DNA from: Chiloscyllium plagiosum
Lineage: Eukaryota
Assembly: GCF_004010195.1 (NCBI RefSeq)
Contig: NC_057750.1
Span: forward strand, 15,826,550-15,890,549
Length of the DNA stretch: 64,000 nucleotides
Direction of reading: 5' to 3'
This document shows positions 36,962 to 48,854 of this stretch, one piece after another. Numbering within the stretch: the first letter of the stretch is position 1; the number at the start of each line of letters is the position of its first letter. The notes under the pieces were generated by a model that did no database searches, had not been told where the DNA came from, and saw only the letters and a list, made by a program, of their open reading frames with translations. A program made the translations under genes and the position numbers.

Positions 36962-37809
36962 GAGTCTGTAATGATATTAAATTTTCTGGATATGCTCTGA
37001 GTCACAGTGAACAACAATAGACTTTGGACTCAGTCCTTTCCAAACTGAAACAACTGACATTATTAATAGAGGAAACTAAAGGACCATCACAAGTAGGATT
37101 GAAACCTTTTTGGACCTGGAGAGACCAGCTCACTGTGGAGGACAGCGTACTGTTATGGGGGTCAACAGTGATTGTCCTGAGCAAAGGTCACTGACAAATA
37201 CTGGCTGAATTCCACCAGGGCCAGCAAGGGTCTTCAAAATGAAGATGTTGGTGAGATGCTATGTCTGGCAGCCAGCTTGGACACAGATGTAGCTACATTG
37301 GTGAGGCAGTGCCCAGAGTGTCAACAAGGACAAAAATTACTGTTAGCAGCTCCCCCACATCTGTGGAAATGGCCTGGTAAACCACAGACTTGGCTGCATG
37401 TCAACTATGCATTCCTTTAATGGGGTCAATGTTTTTAGTCATTGTAGGCACCCACTCAAAGCGGTTGGACATGCATAACGTCCATTGTTCAAACACTGGA
37501 ACAATGATAGAAAAACTGCGCGCATCTTTTGCAACACGCTGAGTCCCAGAAGTGTTGGTCATAGATAACGGGCCATTGTTTATCAGCAGGGAATTTGATT
37601 ATTTCTTTAAGTCTAATGGGGATTGACCAATGAGGACAGCTCCATACCACATACCATCTAATAGCTTGGCAGAAAGAACAATCTAAACTTTGAAGGCTGC
37701 ATTGAAGAAAGAGCCTACAGCCTTGCTAAATACCAAGCTCTCACAGTTCTTGTTTGATAATAGGACTACCATTAATGGAACCCCATGCATAACATGTATA
37801 ATATTGGAA

Positions 37810-38195
37810 CCAGCTCGCTTGATTGGCACTGAATCCACAAGTATCCACTCCCTCCACCATCGATACTCAGTAGGAGCAGTGTGTATTATCTACAAGATGC
37901 ACTGCAGAAATTCACCAAAGATCCTCAGACAGTACCTTCTGAACTTGCGACCACTTCCATCGAGAAGGACAAGGACAGCAGAACTATGGGAACACCACCA
38001 CCTTCAAGCTCAACTCCAAGCTACTCACCATCCTGACGTGGAAATGTATGCTGTTCTTGTCACTTGGTCAAAATCCTGGAATTCCCTCCCTAATGACATT
38101 GTGAGTCAACACACAGTAGAGGTTCAAGAAGGCAGCTCACCACCACTTTCTCAAGGGCAAGTAGGGATGGGCAATAAATGCTGACTAGCCTCTAA
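37810..38195 (+). mobile_element. CR1-like LINE 3' end nested in the Gypsy
   Basis: SIHSLHHR...IYKMHC...WNSLP motifs; tail ctcaagggcaa...gatgggcaataaatg. Confidence 0.75.
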
Positions 38196-38420
38196 AAAAC
38201 TGAATAAATAAAAAAGTAACACCAGCAGAGTTGCTTATAGGTATAAGCCTCCAAACAAGGAGGCTTACACGAAGTCTGACCTTCGTGGACTTGAGGGGAA
38301 GTGAGAAAAGGCATCAGGAACTCCAATGCCAGATTGAAGACTCTGCCAAGTGAGAGAGACAGTTGATACAGGGGACGAAGTTTGGTGTAAAAAATCACAG
38401 AAATAGTTCTACATGGACAA

Positions 38421-38548
38421 GAGAAAGTGAGGACTGTAGATGCTGGAGATCAGAGCTGAAAAATGTGTTGCTGGAAAAGCGCAGCAGGTCAGGCAGCATC
38501 AAAGGAGCAGGAGACTCGATGTTTCGGGCATAAGCCCTTCTTCAGGAA
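38421..38548 (-). mobile_element. PLE family A terminal fragment (hammerhead motif plus full tail)
   Basis: Reverse complement of ttcCTGAAGAAGGGCTTATGCCCGAAACATC...ctcactttctc. Confidence 0.85.
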
Positions 38549-39005
38549 TAGGTCAGGACCAGTCATTTATAAAGTTTGGGTAGGTGCGAAGGTCCAGAAT
38601 TAGCATGTGGACCATTTGAAAGCAACCAATTCTGAAACGGTGCAGGAGCAAAACATGCCCCGCACCTCGGAACGTTTGGAAATGCTGCCAGCACAGTAGA
38701 TTCACTCTCTCTGTCAAAGGTTGTTGATCCCTTTGAATCAGAGATGGACATGACGGAGGTAATCCTCAACACTTTTGCTGCTGGAAAAAGAGAGCAATTG
38801 TCAAACTAGGTCCAAGAGGTGAGCTCCCATGCTTTACGTGACACCCGTGTCAGACGCTGAACTGAAGGAACCTTACCCAGTGTTAAAACACTCCAGGAGG
38901 CTCTTCAAGAAAAAGTACTGGCTATTGTCCACTGACTAGGAGGGAGAGGGATGTAATGATTATAACAAGGTCAGCCAGGTGAATATGAGTTCCCTGATTG
39001 GGGCT

Positions 39006-40466
39006 CATGATTTGGAGATGCTGGTGTTGGGCTGGGGTGTACAAAGTTAAAAATCACACAACACCAAGTTATAGTCCAACAGGTTTAATTGGAAGCACAC
39101 TGGCTTTCGGAGCGACGCTCCTTCATCAGGTGGTAGTGGAGGGCTCAATCCTAACACACAGAATTTATAGCAAAAATTTACAGTGTGATGTAACTGAAAA
39201 TTATACATTGAAAAATTGAGTATCTGTTAAGCCTTTCATCTGTTAGAATACCATGATAGTTTCACTTATATCATGTGGAAATCACAAAACCTTTTTTTAA
39301 AAAGTTGCATTCTCAGGTTAATTGTTAACAATGGTGATAGCTAGACAATATGTTGAAGGTGTTAGCCCCCTGTGTTCTCTGTCTATACCATGATGTTTAG
39401 ATTGATTCTAATCTAAAAAGTGAGATAACGGAGTTCTACATGAATGCATGCAGTTTTTGAGCAAAGTACAACGTAACCGTGCAAGTACAAATTCACCCCA
39501 CAAAATATATTTGTGCATGTGGGTCTTTGTCTGTCTGTGTGTGTGTGTCTGTCTGGGTTGGGGGTTGTGTGTGTGAGAAAGTGTATGTGTGTATGTAGTG
39601 AGTGCAGAGTGTCTTAAGTCTGTGAGGGGGTGCATGCTTTTCACTGCTGCCTGTCCCGAAGTCCGCCTTGGAGGATGGTCACCCGAAGGTCCGCGAGCGA
39701 ATGTCCTGGACCACTGAAGTGTTCCCCAACTGGGAGAGAACACTCCTGTCTGTTGATTGTTGTGTGCTGCCCATTCATCCGTTGTCGTAGCCTTTGCTCG
39801 GTTTCCCCAATGTACCATGCCTTACAGACACACACACTCCCACATTCACACATGCACCCCCTCACAGACTTAAGACACTCTGCACTCACTACACATTCAC
39901 TTTCTCACACTCACAACCCCCAACCCAGACAGACACACACAGACAGACAAAGACCCACATGCACACATATATTTTGTGGGGTGAATTTGTACTTGCAGGG
40001 TTACATTGTACTTTGCTCAAAAACTGCATGCATTCATGTAGAACTCTGAGCTCAAAAACTGCATGAATTCATGTAAATCTCTGTTATCTCACTTTTTAGA
40101 TTAGAATCAATCCAAACATTATGGTATAGACAGAGAACACAGGGGGCTAACACCTTCAACATATTGTCTAGCTATCACCATTGTTAACAATTAACCTGAG
40201 AATGCAACTTTTTAAAAAAAGGTTTTGTGATTTACACATGATATAAGTGAAACTATCATGGTATTCTAACAGATGAAAGGCTTAACAGATACTCAACTTT
40301 TCAATGTATAATTTTCAGTTACATTACACTGTAAATGTTTGCTATAAATTCTGTGTGTTAGGATTGAGCCCTCCACTACCACCTGATGAAGGAGCGACGC
40401 TCCGAAAGCTAGTGTGCTTCCAATTAAACCGTTGGACTATAATCTGGTGTTGTGTGATTTTTAACT
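39006..40466. mobile_element. 1.46-kb fold-back PLE family B insertion with about 600-bp inverted arms
   Basis: 12-bp TSD CTGATTGGGGCT at 38994-39005 and 40467-40478; arms about 39045-39636 and 39851-40466; GIY-YIG fragment in the spacer (YIGETEQRLRQRMN...VGEHF). Confidence 0.93.
40380..40414 (+). ncRNA. Minimal type I hammerhead ribozyme motif (PLE family B)
   Basis: Stem I CAC/GTG; CTGATGA 40383-40389; extra A; stem II GGAGC/GAC/GCTCC; GAAA 40404-40407; palindromic AGCT; CTA triplet with predicted cut after 40411. Confidence 0.75.
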
Positions 40467-41309
40467 CTGATTGGGGCTTTAACCTGGTCCAAACAGGGAG
40501 CCCTGGCTGACATATCAGATACTGACACTCTGGTGTATGAATCTGCATGATACAGTACTATAGTTAAGGATTGTTCCTGTGTAAATAGAAGAAAACTTGG
40601 TGACAGGATACTGGCCTCTGTGGAGTTATTTCACTCCCCTGGTCTTTCCCTAGAGCTCTGCAAATTCTTTTCAAGAACCTATCTAATTTCATTATTATTA
40701 AATCTGTGTCCACTACTGTTTCATATCATGAAATCTATACCACAGCAACTCACTTTGTAAAACTTTATTCTCATCTTTATCCTTCCCCAGTTCTTTTATC
40801 ACCAATGTGTTCCTTCTGCTTAATGGCATTTCCTATTTACTTTCATCAAAGGCCCATACCATTCAGAACGTGATTCCTCAATATTTACAGAGAAGATGGA
40901 GGGGAGGCCAAAAGCAGCTGGAAAAGCAAGAGAGATGGAGATAATTTTGATTTTAAGGACAGAATTCAAGAATTCAACTCTATCCGCATTGGTGGCTAGG
41001 CCAGCAAGTGAGGAGGGAGGGAACACAAACAGGAGAGATCCAAATATTGGATATTGCACTCAATTCAAAATGAATGAAAGAGCACAGGATAATCAAAACA
41101 AAAGTCCAGTACAAGTCAACAAAATATGTTTAAAAGCTTAATTTCAAGGAGAACAATATTTAGAACCTGTCAGAATCAAGCCTTTACATTTTACTTAACC
41201 AATCATTTCTATATTTTCTATAAAACTGCGCAGCTCACCAATGGAGTATACTGGTAGGTGGTCCTCAACCTGGGGCCACAAGATGCATATTATTTATATC
41301 TGCCTGCAT

Positions 41310-41545
41310 CCATATATGTGTATCTGCATGTGTGTGTGAGAGACAGAGATACAGAGTATCTGCATGTCCATATGTATTTGTGTCTGTCTGTTAAAAGTGT
41401 GTGTTTCTGTTGTGTATGTCTGAATGAGTGTGAGCGTGTCTGTGTATGTGTCTATGTGAGAGTGTGTGTATACAATGGTGTATGTGCCTGTGTGCGTGAC
41501 TGTATTCACAAGTATGTATGCATACCTATCAGAGAGTGATTGTGT
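41310..41545. repeat. Degenerate (TG)n-rich low-complexity tract
   Basis: Visible TG/TA dinucleotide runs. Confidence 0.8.
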
Positions 41546-41955
41546 ATGATTTAGGTCCACTGACTCACTTTATTGGGATTAATGATTCCTTCAGAGTAAT
41601 TCCTCTCATTATATTGGGATTGGTGATCAGAAAATCAAGTACATGAAACAAAATTATATCCATTATAACCAGTGCAGACAATTATTGAAATTGTGTGATT
41701 GAAATTGTTCAAAACTCTCTTCCTGTACACATGCAAAATTGGAAGATTTGGCTGCAAATTGCTTGAGATGGGGTAAATATAGTGGGATCCAGGGCTCATT
41801 GGAAAATGTTGAACTATGGCAGTTCACTTATTCTAACAATTGATTCAAAGTTCTACTTTAAATGCTGCACTAATAAAGTACAAATGAACAACTTAAAAAG
41901 AATGCATGAACCAGCATCTGAAAAAGTAGGAAAAGTAGTGAGGTCCTGAAGGATG

Positions 41956-42017
41956 CTTTCATTCCTCTGGAACAAACTAGAAATGGGTGCACCCGAGATC
42001 TCTTTTGGCTACATTCT
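41956..42017 (+). repeat. 62-bp direct repeat, copy 1 (copy 2 at 46276-46337)
   Basis: ctttcattcctctggaacaaactagaaatg..tgcacccgagat...acattct, 5 mismatches by eye. Confidence 0.9.
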
Positions 42018-42379
42018 GAAAACGTAATCTGTGCATTCTGAGTAAATTCATCTTAAAAATAACTTCAAAGCAATAATTTATTCCAGAGCCTAATGGTGGT
42101 TTGTTGTACCAGTCTGACCTGTGGCTTAGTTGCTAACATCATCACTTGAGAGTGAGAAGATTGTGGGGATTCAATTGAAGAAAAGTTTTAAAAAATCAAA
42201 AAGAAACAAGTGTGTAACGGGGCAGGACAGAGAAGAATGAACAATATTCAATGTATGACAGGAAGGAGCACAAAACATGAGCAGTAAAATGCAACAAAAA
42301 TTAAAACCAGAATGGCTAATAACAATAAAAAGTCCAAGCTTTCTTTCTGAATAAGAAGATAGCTGAATTGACGGCACCA

Positions 42380-45240
42380 AAAAAAAACTAAACACTTGAT
42401 AGCTATTAAAGAGGTGACCAGGACGGGGAACTCAACATTCAAGGGTATTTGTCATCCTGGAAAAATAAGTAAAAAGGAAAAGCAGGTTGAGTAGCTTTGG
42501 TAATAAATATGGCATCAGTGAGTAGTGATATATGTGCAATAGGTCATGATCTAGGATCAGTTTGGGTTTAAATAAGAAGTATCAAGGGAAAGTAGTTACA
42601 GATGGGACTTGTTTAAAGGCCTGCAAAGACATGCCTCAGTGTAAGACAAATTATAAATCAAAAAATAATGGAGGTGTGTAAGAAGGTAGCAGAAAGTGAG
42701 AACTACAGATTCTGGAGATCAGAGTTGAAGAGTGTGGTACTGGAAAAGCACAGCCAATCAGGTAGCTGGAGAAGCGAAACTTCAAGCATAAGCTCTTCAT
42801 CAGGAATGAGGGGGTGGCCCAAAGGGGTTGAGAGATAAATAGGAGAGCTGCGGATAGGTGGGAAGGAAGATGGACAGGTAGGACAGTTGAAGAGGGCGGT
42901 TCCGAGTTGGAAGGTTGGATCTGGGAAAATGTTGGGGGAGGGGAAATGGGGAAACAGGTGAAATCCACATTGATCCCATGTGGTTAGTGGGTCCCAAGGC
43001 GGAAAATAAGACGTTCTTCCTCTAGGCAACGGGTGCCTAGTTTGGCGGTGGAGGAGGCCCATGACTTGCATGTCATTGACGGAGTGGGAAGGGAAATTAA
43101 AGTGTTCGGCCAAAGGGCAGTGGGGTTGTTTAGTGCGTGTGTCCCAGAGATGTTCTCTGAAATGTTCCACAAGTTGGCATCATGCCCCCCAGTGTAAAGA
43201 CCACATTGAGAGCAACGGACACAGTAAATTATGTGTTTGGAAATACAGGTAAATCTCTGTTGGGTGTGGAAGGATCCTTTGGAGTCTTGGACGAAGGTGA
43301 GGGGGGACATGTGGGTGCAGGTTTTGTACTTCTTGCAGTGGCAGGGGAAGGTGCTGGGAGTGGAAGGGAGGCTGGTGGGGAGCGTAGACCTAACAAGGAA
43401 GTCACGGAGAGAATGGTCTCTCTGGAATGTAGAAAGGAGTTGGGAGGGAAATATCTCTCTGGTGATGGGGTGTGTTTGTAGGTGGCGGACATAGTGGAGG
43501 ATGATGCAATTTATCAGAGGTTGGTGGGGTGGAAGGTGAGGACGAGGAGGTTCTGTCCTTGTTGTGATTGGAGTGGTGGGGTTCAAGGGCAGAGGTGCGG
43601 GAAGTGGAGGAGATATGTTGGAGGGCATCCTCAACCAAGTGCGAGGGGAAATTGTAGTCTTTAAAGAAGGAGGCCATCTGGCCTATGGTGGAATTGATCC
43701 TCCTAGGAGCAGATGAGGCGGAGGTGGAGGAATTGGGAATAAAGGAGGCAGGAGGCAGGTTGAGAGGAGGTGTAGTCCAGATTCCTGTGGGAGTCGGTGG
43801 GTTTGTAGTAGATGTCCGCATTATGTCGGTCAATGGAAATGGTGATGGACTAGTCCATGAAGGGGAGGGCGGTATCCAAGATGGTCCAGGTGAACTTGAG
43901 GTCGGGGTGGAAGGTGTTTGTGAAGTTGATGAACTGTTCAATCTCCTCGTGAGAGCACGAGGTGGCACCAATACAATCATCAATGTAGTGGAGGAAAAGG
44001 TGGGGTATGGTGCTGTTGTAGCTGCGGAAAATGGCCTGTTCCATGTACCCAATGAAGAAGCAGGCAAAACTGGGGTGCATGCGGATGCCCATGACTATCC
44101 CTTTGGTCTAGAGGAAATGGAAGGATTCGAAGGAGAAATTGTTGAGGATGAGGACCAGATCAGCCAACCAAATGAGTGTGTCAGTGAAATGGTACTGATT
44201 GGGTCAGCAGGAGAGGAAGAAACTGGAGGCTTGGAGGCCTTCGTCATGGCAGATGAATGCGTACAAGGTCTGGAGGTCCATGGTGAAGATAAAGTATTGA
44301 GGGCTGGGGAAATGCACATGGCGGAGGAGGTGGAGGACGTGGGTGGTGTCCCAAACGTAGGTGGGGAGTTCCTGGACCAAGGGGGAACAGGACGATGTCA
44401 TGATATGCAGAGATAGGTTCGGTGGAACAGGAGCAGGCTGCGACGATGGGTTGACTGGGGCAGTCAGGTTTGTGAATTTTGGGTAGGCGATAGAACCAGG
44501 CGGTGCGGATTCTCAGACTATGAGTTGGAGGCTGCTGGTGGGAGATCCCCTGAGGTGATGAGGTTGTGGATGGTCTGGGAGATGATGGTGATAGGAGGTG
44601 AGGTTGTGGTCGAGGGGGCAGAAGGAGGAGGTGTCTGCAAGTTGGTGCCTGGCTTCACTGGTGTACAGTCACTACGATTGTCTTGGGTGCTTTTATTTGT
44701 CATATTTACTGGACAAATCAGATAGGCAAGGGGACATGGAAATCAAATTTGTAGAGTGCATCACGGAATGTTTCTTAGAGGAGTACATTGCAAAGCCTAT
44801 CCGGAAACAGGATATTTTAATCTAGTAATATATAATGAGGTAGGATTAATATGCAATCACATAACTGAGGATTCTCTAGATCTGATTGAGGTTTTTAAAA
44901 TCATGAGTTAGCTAGATAGAATAGATAGGGTGAAACTATTTCAGTTAGTAAAAGAAACAAGGACGAGAGGGCATAGACTTAAAGTGATGTGCTAACAAAG
45001 CAAGGGTGATTTGAGAAAACCTTGCTCGGGTATTGAATGCGGTCTGGAAATCTGGTCAAAGCAGGTTCAGTTGAAGCAATTAAGAGGGCATTGGATGTTC
45101 TTTTGGATAGTAACAGTGTGCAGGACATGGGTAAAAGGCAGGAGACTGACACTAAATACAAACTGACTAGATAATAGAGCTGGTGCAGGCATAATGGGCC
45201 AAATGGTATCCTTCCACACCATTATAATTCTGTGATTCTA
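42380..45240 (+). mobile_element. Degenerate CR1 LINE (endonuclease region joined to a 3' end), interrupted by the long PLE
   Basis: APE-region remnants at about 42400-42690 and 44670-44880; CR1 3' end at about 44880-45240. Confidence 0.65.
42691..44670 (-). mobile_element. About 2-kb PLE family A copy (Neptune-like): RT, Cys-rich linker, GIY-YIG, terminal repeat; frameshifted
   Basis: KG.MG..M.PS.A and YIDDCIG RT motifs; linker FPCHCKKYKTCTH; IIYCVRCSQCG; LAEHFN; degenerate hammerhead at about 42770-42806. Confidence 0.92.
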
Positions 45241-45612
45241 GGGGTAAGCAATCCCAGTAAGGTAGAATTTCACATTTAGTTTGAGGGAGAACAAATTGGA
45301 TCTCAAACCAGCATCCCAAATCCATGACAGCCTGAACAAGGATCGATCCTGGTAGAGCTGGCACCAATCTGATCCACACCAACCATTCAGCCAACAATGC
45401 AACCAACAAACACCATCCCCAATCCCCACTCTCCCCGGCCACAATTCAAGGCGTTTGAATTGCTATGAGAATAGATATTTTTACATGCATGAGGTTGCAG
45501 TTTAGAGTTAAGGATAGTGACAGCACAGGCTCCAATTTCTTTTCATCACAGGCTGACCAGGAATCTCTCCCACTCTTATTGCCTGTCATTGGCATAGTTT
45601 ACTGATTTACAA

Positions 45613-46070
45613 GGGGTGGCACGGTGGCTCAGTGGTTAGCACTGCTGCCGCACAGTACCAGGGACCTGAGTTTGATTCCTGCCTTGGGTGACTGTCTGTG
45701 TGGAGTTTGCACATTCTCCCCACATTTGCGTGGGTTTTCTCTGGCTGCTCTGGTTTCTTCCCACATTTCAAAGATGCGCAGGTCAGGTGAATTGTGTTGA
45801 GAGTGTGGTGCTGGAAAAGCACAACAGGTCAGGCAATATCTGAGGAGCAGGAGAATTGACATTTTGGGCATAAACCCTTCATCAGGAATTTTGTGAAGCA
45901 GATCAGGTGAATTGGTCAAGTTAAATTGCCCATTGTATTAGGTGCATTAGTTAGGGATAAATATAGGGTAGGAGAATGGGTCTGGGTGGGTTACTCTTCG
46001 GAGGGTCGGTGTGGACATGTTGGTCCAAAAGACCTGTTTCCATACTGTAGGGAATCTAATCTAATCTAAT
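45613..46070 (+). mobile_element. HE1 / V-SINE interrupted by a PLE mini-insertion
   Basis: Head, V-domain and (aatct)n tail. Confidence 0.9.
45795..45897 (-). mobile_element. About 100-bp PLE family A mini-insertion
   Basis: 17-bp TSD GCAG(G/A)TCAGGTGAATTG at 45778-45794 and 45898-45914; degenerate hammerhead at about 45855-45888. Confidence 0.85.
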
Positions 46071-46974
46071 CTTGATTCTCAACCTATTTGGCTGTGTTCT
46101 GAATGCATTCTCTTTGGTCATTAAATCCTGCATGGTAACTTGAACCCAGAGCGTCTGGCTCAGAGACTACCACTTTGGCACAAGACCTCCTATAACAGTG
46201 AGTACACTTCAAAAACTAAGTAATTGGCTGTAAAACACTTTGTGAAGTCCTAAAGGATGGTCTACAATGGCAAGTCTTTCATTCCTCTGGAACAAACTAG
46301 AAATGAATGCACCCGAGATTTCTTTAGGTTACATTCTAGATAATGCCCATTGTGACTGAACATCCATGTACTAATCCCATTTGTATTTAGTGTTTAATCT
46401 GTAAGAAGATTAGCAAACATATCATCTATTTATAGCCCAGTATTAGGTCTTGCTCATCCAGTAAAACGTTTTAACGTAAAATCTGTCCACCGCAACTACG
46501 CGCAGGTGTTCCCACCAGGAGACATTTAAAAGTGCTGATTCTCCTAAAACTAGGCTCCTGTTAGAATACTTATGGGACTTGCCAGTACAGTGACATGGAT
46601 TTGAGCAATGTTTCTGACATGGTCCCATATGATAGACTAGTCAGAACCCTTTGGATCCAAGGGCAAGATACAAATTTAATCCAAAATTGATCAGTAGCAG
46701 GAAACAAAAGGTAATGGTCAATGGGTATTTTTGTGACTGAGAGGGAATTTCAAGCAGAGTCCTGTACCAGATCACTTTTTTGTGGTATATTTTAATATTT
46801 TAGATTTAAGTGTAGGGACATGATTAATACTAAATCATATTCCTTTCTTTTTCCTTTCAATGCCTTCACATGTACAACTGGTGTCACAGAAGATGCATAG
46901 GGCCAATTTCTTGGAGGACCACAGTCCTTTTGAGGGCAACATCTTCACTGAAATGGGTGGGAATAATGGGTGAC

Positions 46975-47580
46975 ATTTTAAAAATTATTTTTATGGGATG
47001 TAGGCGTTGCGCGCAAGGCTAAAATTTGTTGCCCGGTTCTAAATACTCTTGAGAAAACGTGCTGAGCTTGCCTTCTTGGACTGTGCAATCCATCTGATTG
47101 GCTCATCTACAGGTCTGTTAGGGGAAAAGCTCCAGGATTTTTACCCAGTGACACTAAAGGAATGGTAATACATTTCCGAACAGGTTGGTGTGTGGTTTGG
47201 AGGGGAACCTGTAGGTGGTGGTATTCCCATGTGCCCATTGCCCGTGTGTTTCTGGGTGATAGAGGTCACAGGATTTCAAGGTGCTGTTGAAAGCGGCTCA
47301 GCAAATTGCTGCAGTGCATCTTCTGGATGGTACACACAACTGCCACTCAGTGTCAGATGTGAAGGAATGAATGTTAAGGTGTTGAATGGGGCATTTCTTT
47401 CCCCTGGATTGTGAGGAGATTCTTGAGTGTCGTTGGAGCTGCACATATCCAGAAAAGTGGAGAGTATTCCAGAGTTTCCAGCTCTGATGTGGTCTTACAG
47501 TGTTAGTAGTTACATGGCTAGTTTAGTTTAGTTTCTGATCGATGTTAACCTCCAAAATGTTGACAGTGGAGAAAATCAGT
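46975..47580 (-). mobile_element. CR1-like LINE 3' portion, degenerate
   Basis: Reverse complement of the same family seen at 37810-38195 and about 58850-59500. Confidence 0.65.
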
Positions 47581-47979
47581 GATGGCACATCTCACCACCT
47601 TTCTTATACTAATGCTCTCAGCAGGGCCAACCTCTCTTTGTTTCATTGCAGACCCACAGTAGGGTAGAAAGGGTTACATTAGGTAATGGGGTGGCTAGCA
47701 TTTGTCTTCTGACCCACTACAAGGAGAGAATCCTTGGCTGAGTGGGAGATGATCAAGACTGCTCACATGGTAATGCCAAAACTCATTCCCTGGCATCCAA
47801 GTAAGAATTATTATCATGTAATTTTATTGCACAACAGGAAAAGTGAAGAAAGAACAAACCAAAAAGCTTGTGCAAATAAACAGAAGCTGCTTCTTCTTCA
47901 GAATCAAGACATTAAGTCAATGATGACTTCACCCAACTCAGTTTCATTAGAAAGGCCTGTCAATGAATCCTGTCTAGCT

Positions 47980-48600
47980 GAGTGCACCCAATGCTGCTGC
48001 GCTCTGTCATGGTTAATGTGATGTTCCTCATGATTAACATCCATATTCCTCACGGGAAGAATGCTGTTGTTCTCATAGCTCCTCATCATCTACTGCATCC
48101 CCTTTACAACTGCTGTAGTTGTCCGGAGCACAGCATGCAAGGATTATATAGTGCACTGTGTCTGTAATGTAGTGGAGTGGAAGGAACCCTGTCTTTGCAA
48201 GGGAACCTCTTGAGAAGGCCCACCAACTGGTCCTTGATGTCCATGGTAGAGAAATAGCTACTCTGCATTTATGCTTGGCCTCAGACAAGGTGTTTCGTTA
48301 ACAGAGTCACTAGCCATGATTGAAGAGGGTAGCTGTTATCTCCCAGCAGCCATCCTAGTAAGGTATCCAGCTCTTGCAATGAAGCAGAAACCTGAGAATT
48401 ATCAAAGATAGAGGCTTCATAGTAGCTTCCAGGATACATGGCGCAGATGTCTAAGATGCAGTTGCAAGGATCATGAATAAGTTGAACATTGCCGAATTGA
48501 AACACTTACCTTTCAATGAAGTTAGTCGTGTTGCAACACGGAGCTCTCAATGCTATATTTGTATAGTCTACAGTGCCCTGAATCTGGAATGCTCCAGCAG
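47980..48600 (-). pseudogene. PIF/Harbinger (HARBI1-like) DDE transposase remnant
   Basis: FQIQGTVDYTNIALRAP (about 48540-48590; GAIDCTH-like), NVQLIHD...YPGS..EASIF...GWLLGDNSYPLQSWL (ORF 48281-48505), IILACCAPDN (ORF 48073-48288). Confidence 0.85.
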
Positions 48601-48854
48601 ATGAAAAAGTTCTGGTTTGGTATCACGGGCATCCTTATTTAGTGGCAGCACAATGACTCACGTGCAGGATTTGCCATCAAAGGCAAAAAACTGTGGGCAT
48701 CTTACACTTTCATCGCTTCATGAAGGGTCCTTCTCATATGAGTTCTTCATTTTGAGGATGTTCTGCAGCCGCTGTAGGTTGCTGCTGATCCTAATCTTGT
48801 GGACACTTAAATTCCTCAATTTATATGGCCACTTGTTATATAGTGGCAACAACA

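Larger units (their letters stand above)
35359..40633 (+). mobile_element. Gypsy LTR retrotransposon, internally deleted (gag/PR not seen), degenerate RT-RH-IN, both LTRs present
   Basis: 5-bp TSD CTCCC at 35354-35358 and 40634-40638; RT YLDDVLI; RNase H LTCDA and IEKEELAV...FHQYLYG...DHKPL; integrase DNG region near 37560; PPT GGAGGGAGAGGGA at 38939-38951. Confidence 0.92.
38952..40633 (+). repeat. 3' LTR split by the PLE palindrome (pieces 38952-39005 and 40467-40633)
   Basis: Start (tgta.tga.t.taacaaggtcagccag) and end (ggcctctgtggagttatttca) match the 5' LTR. Confidence 0.85.

Noticed and set aside
41258..41560. Cys/Val-rich and His/Thr-rich ORFs
   Set aside because: Translations of a TG/CA low-complexity tract.
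43685..44416. 243-aa Gly/Val/Glu-rich ORF on +
   Set aside because: It is the antisense reading of the C-rich PLE RT strand.
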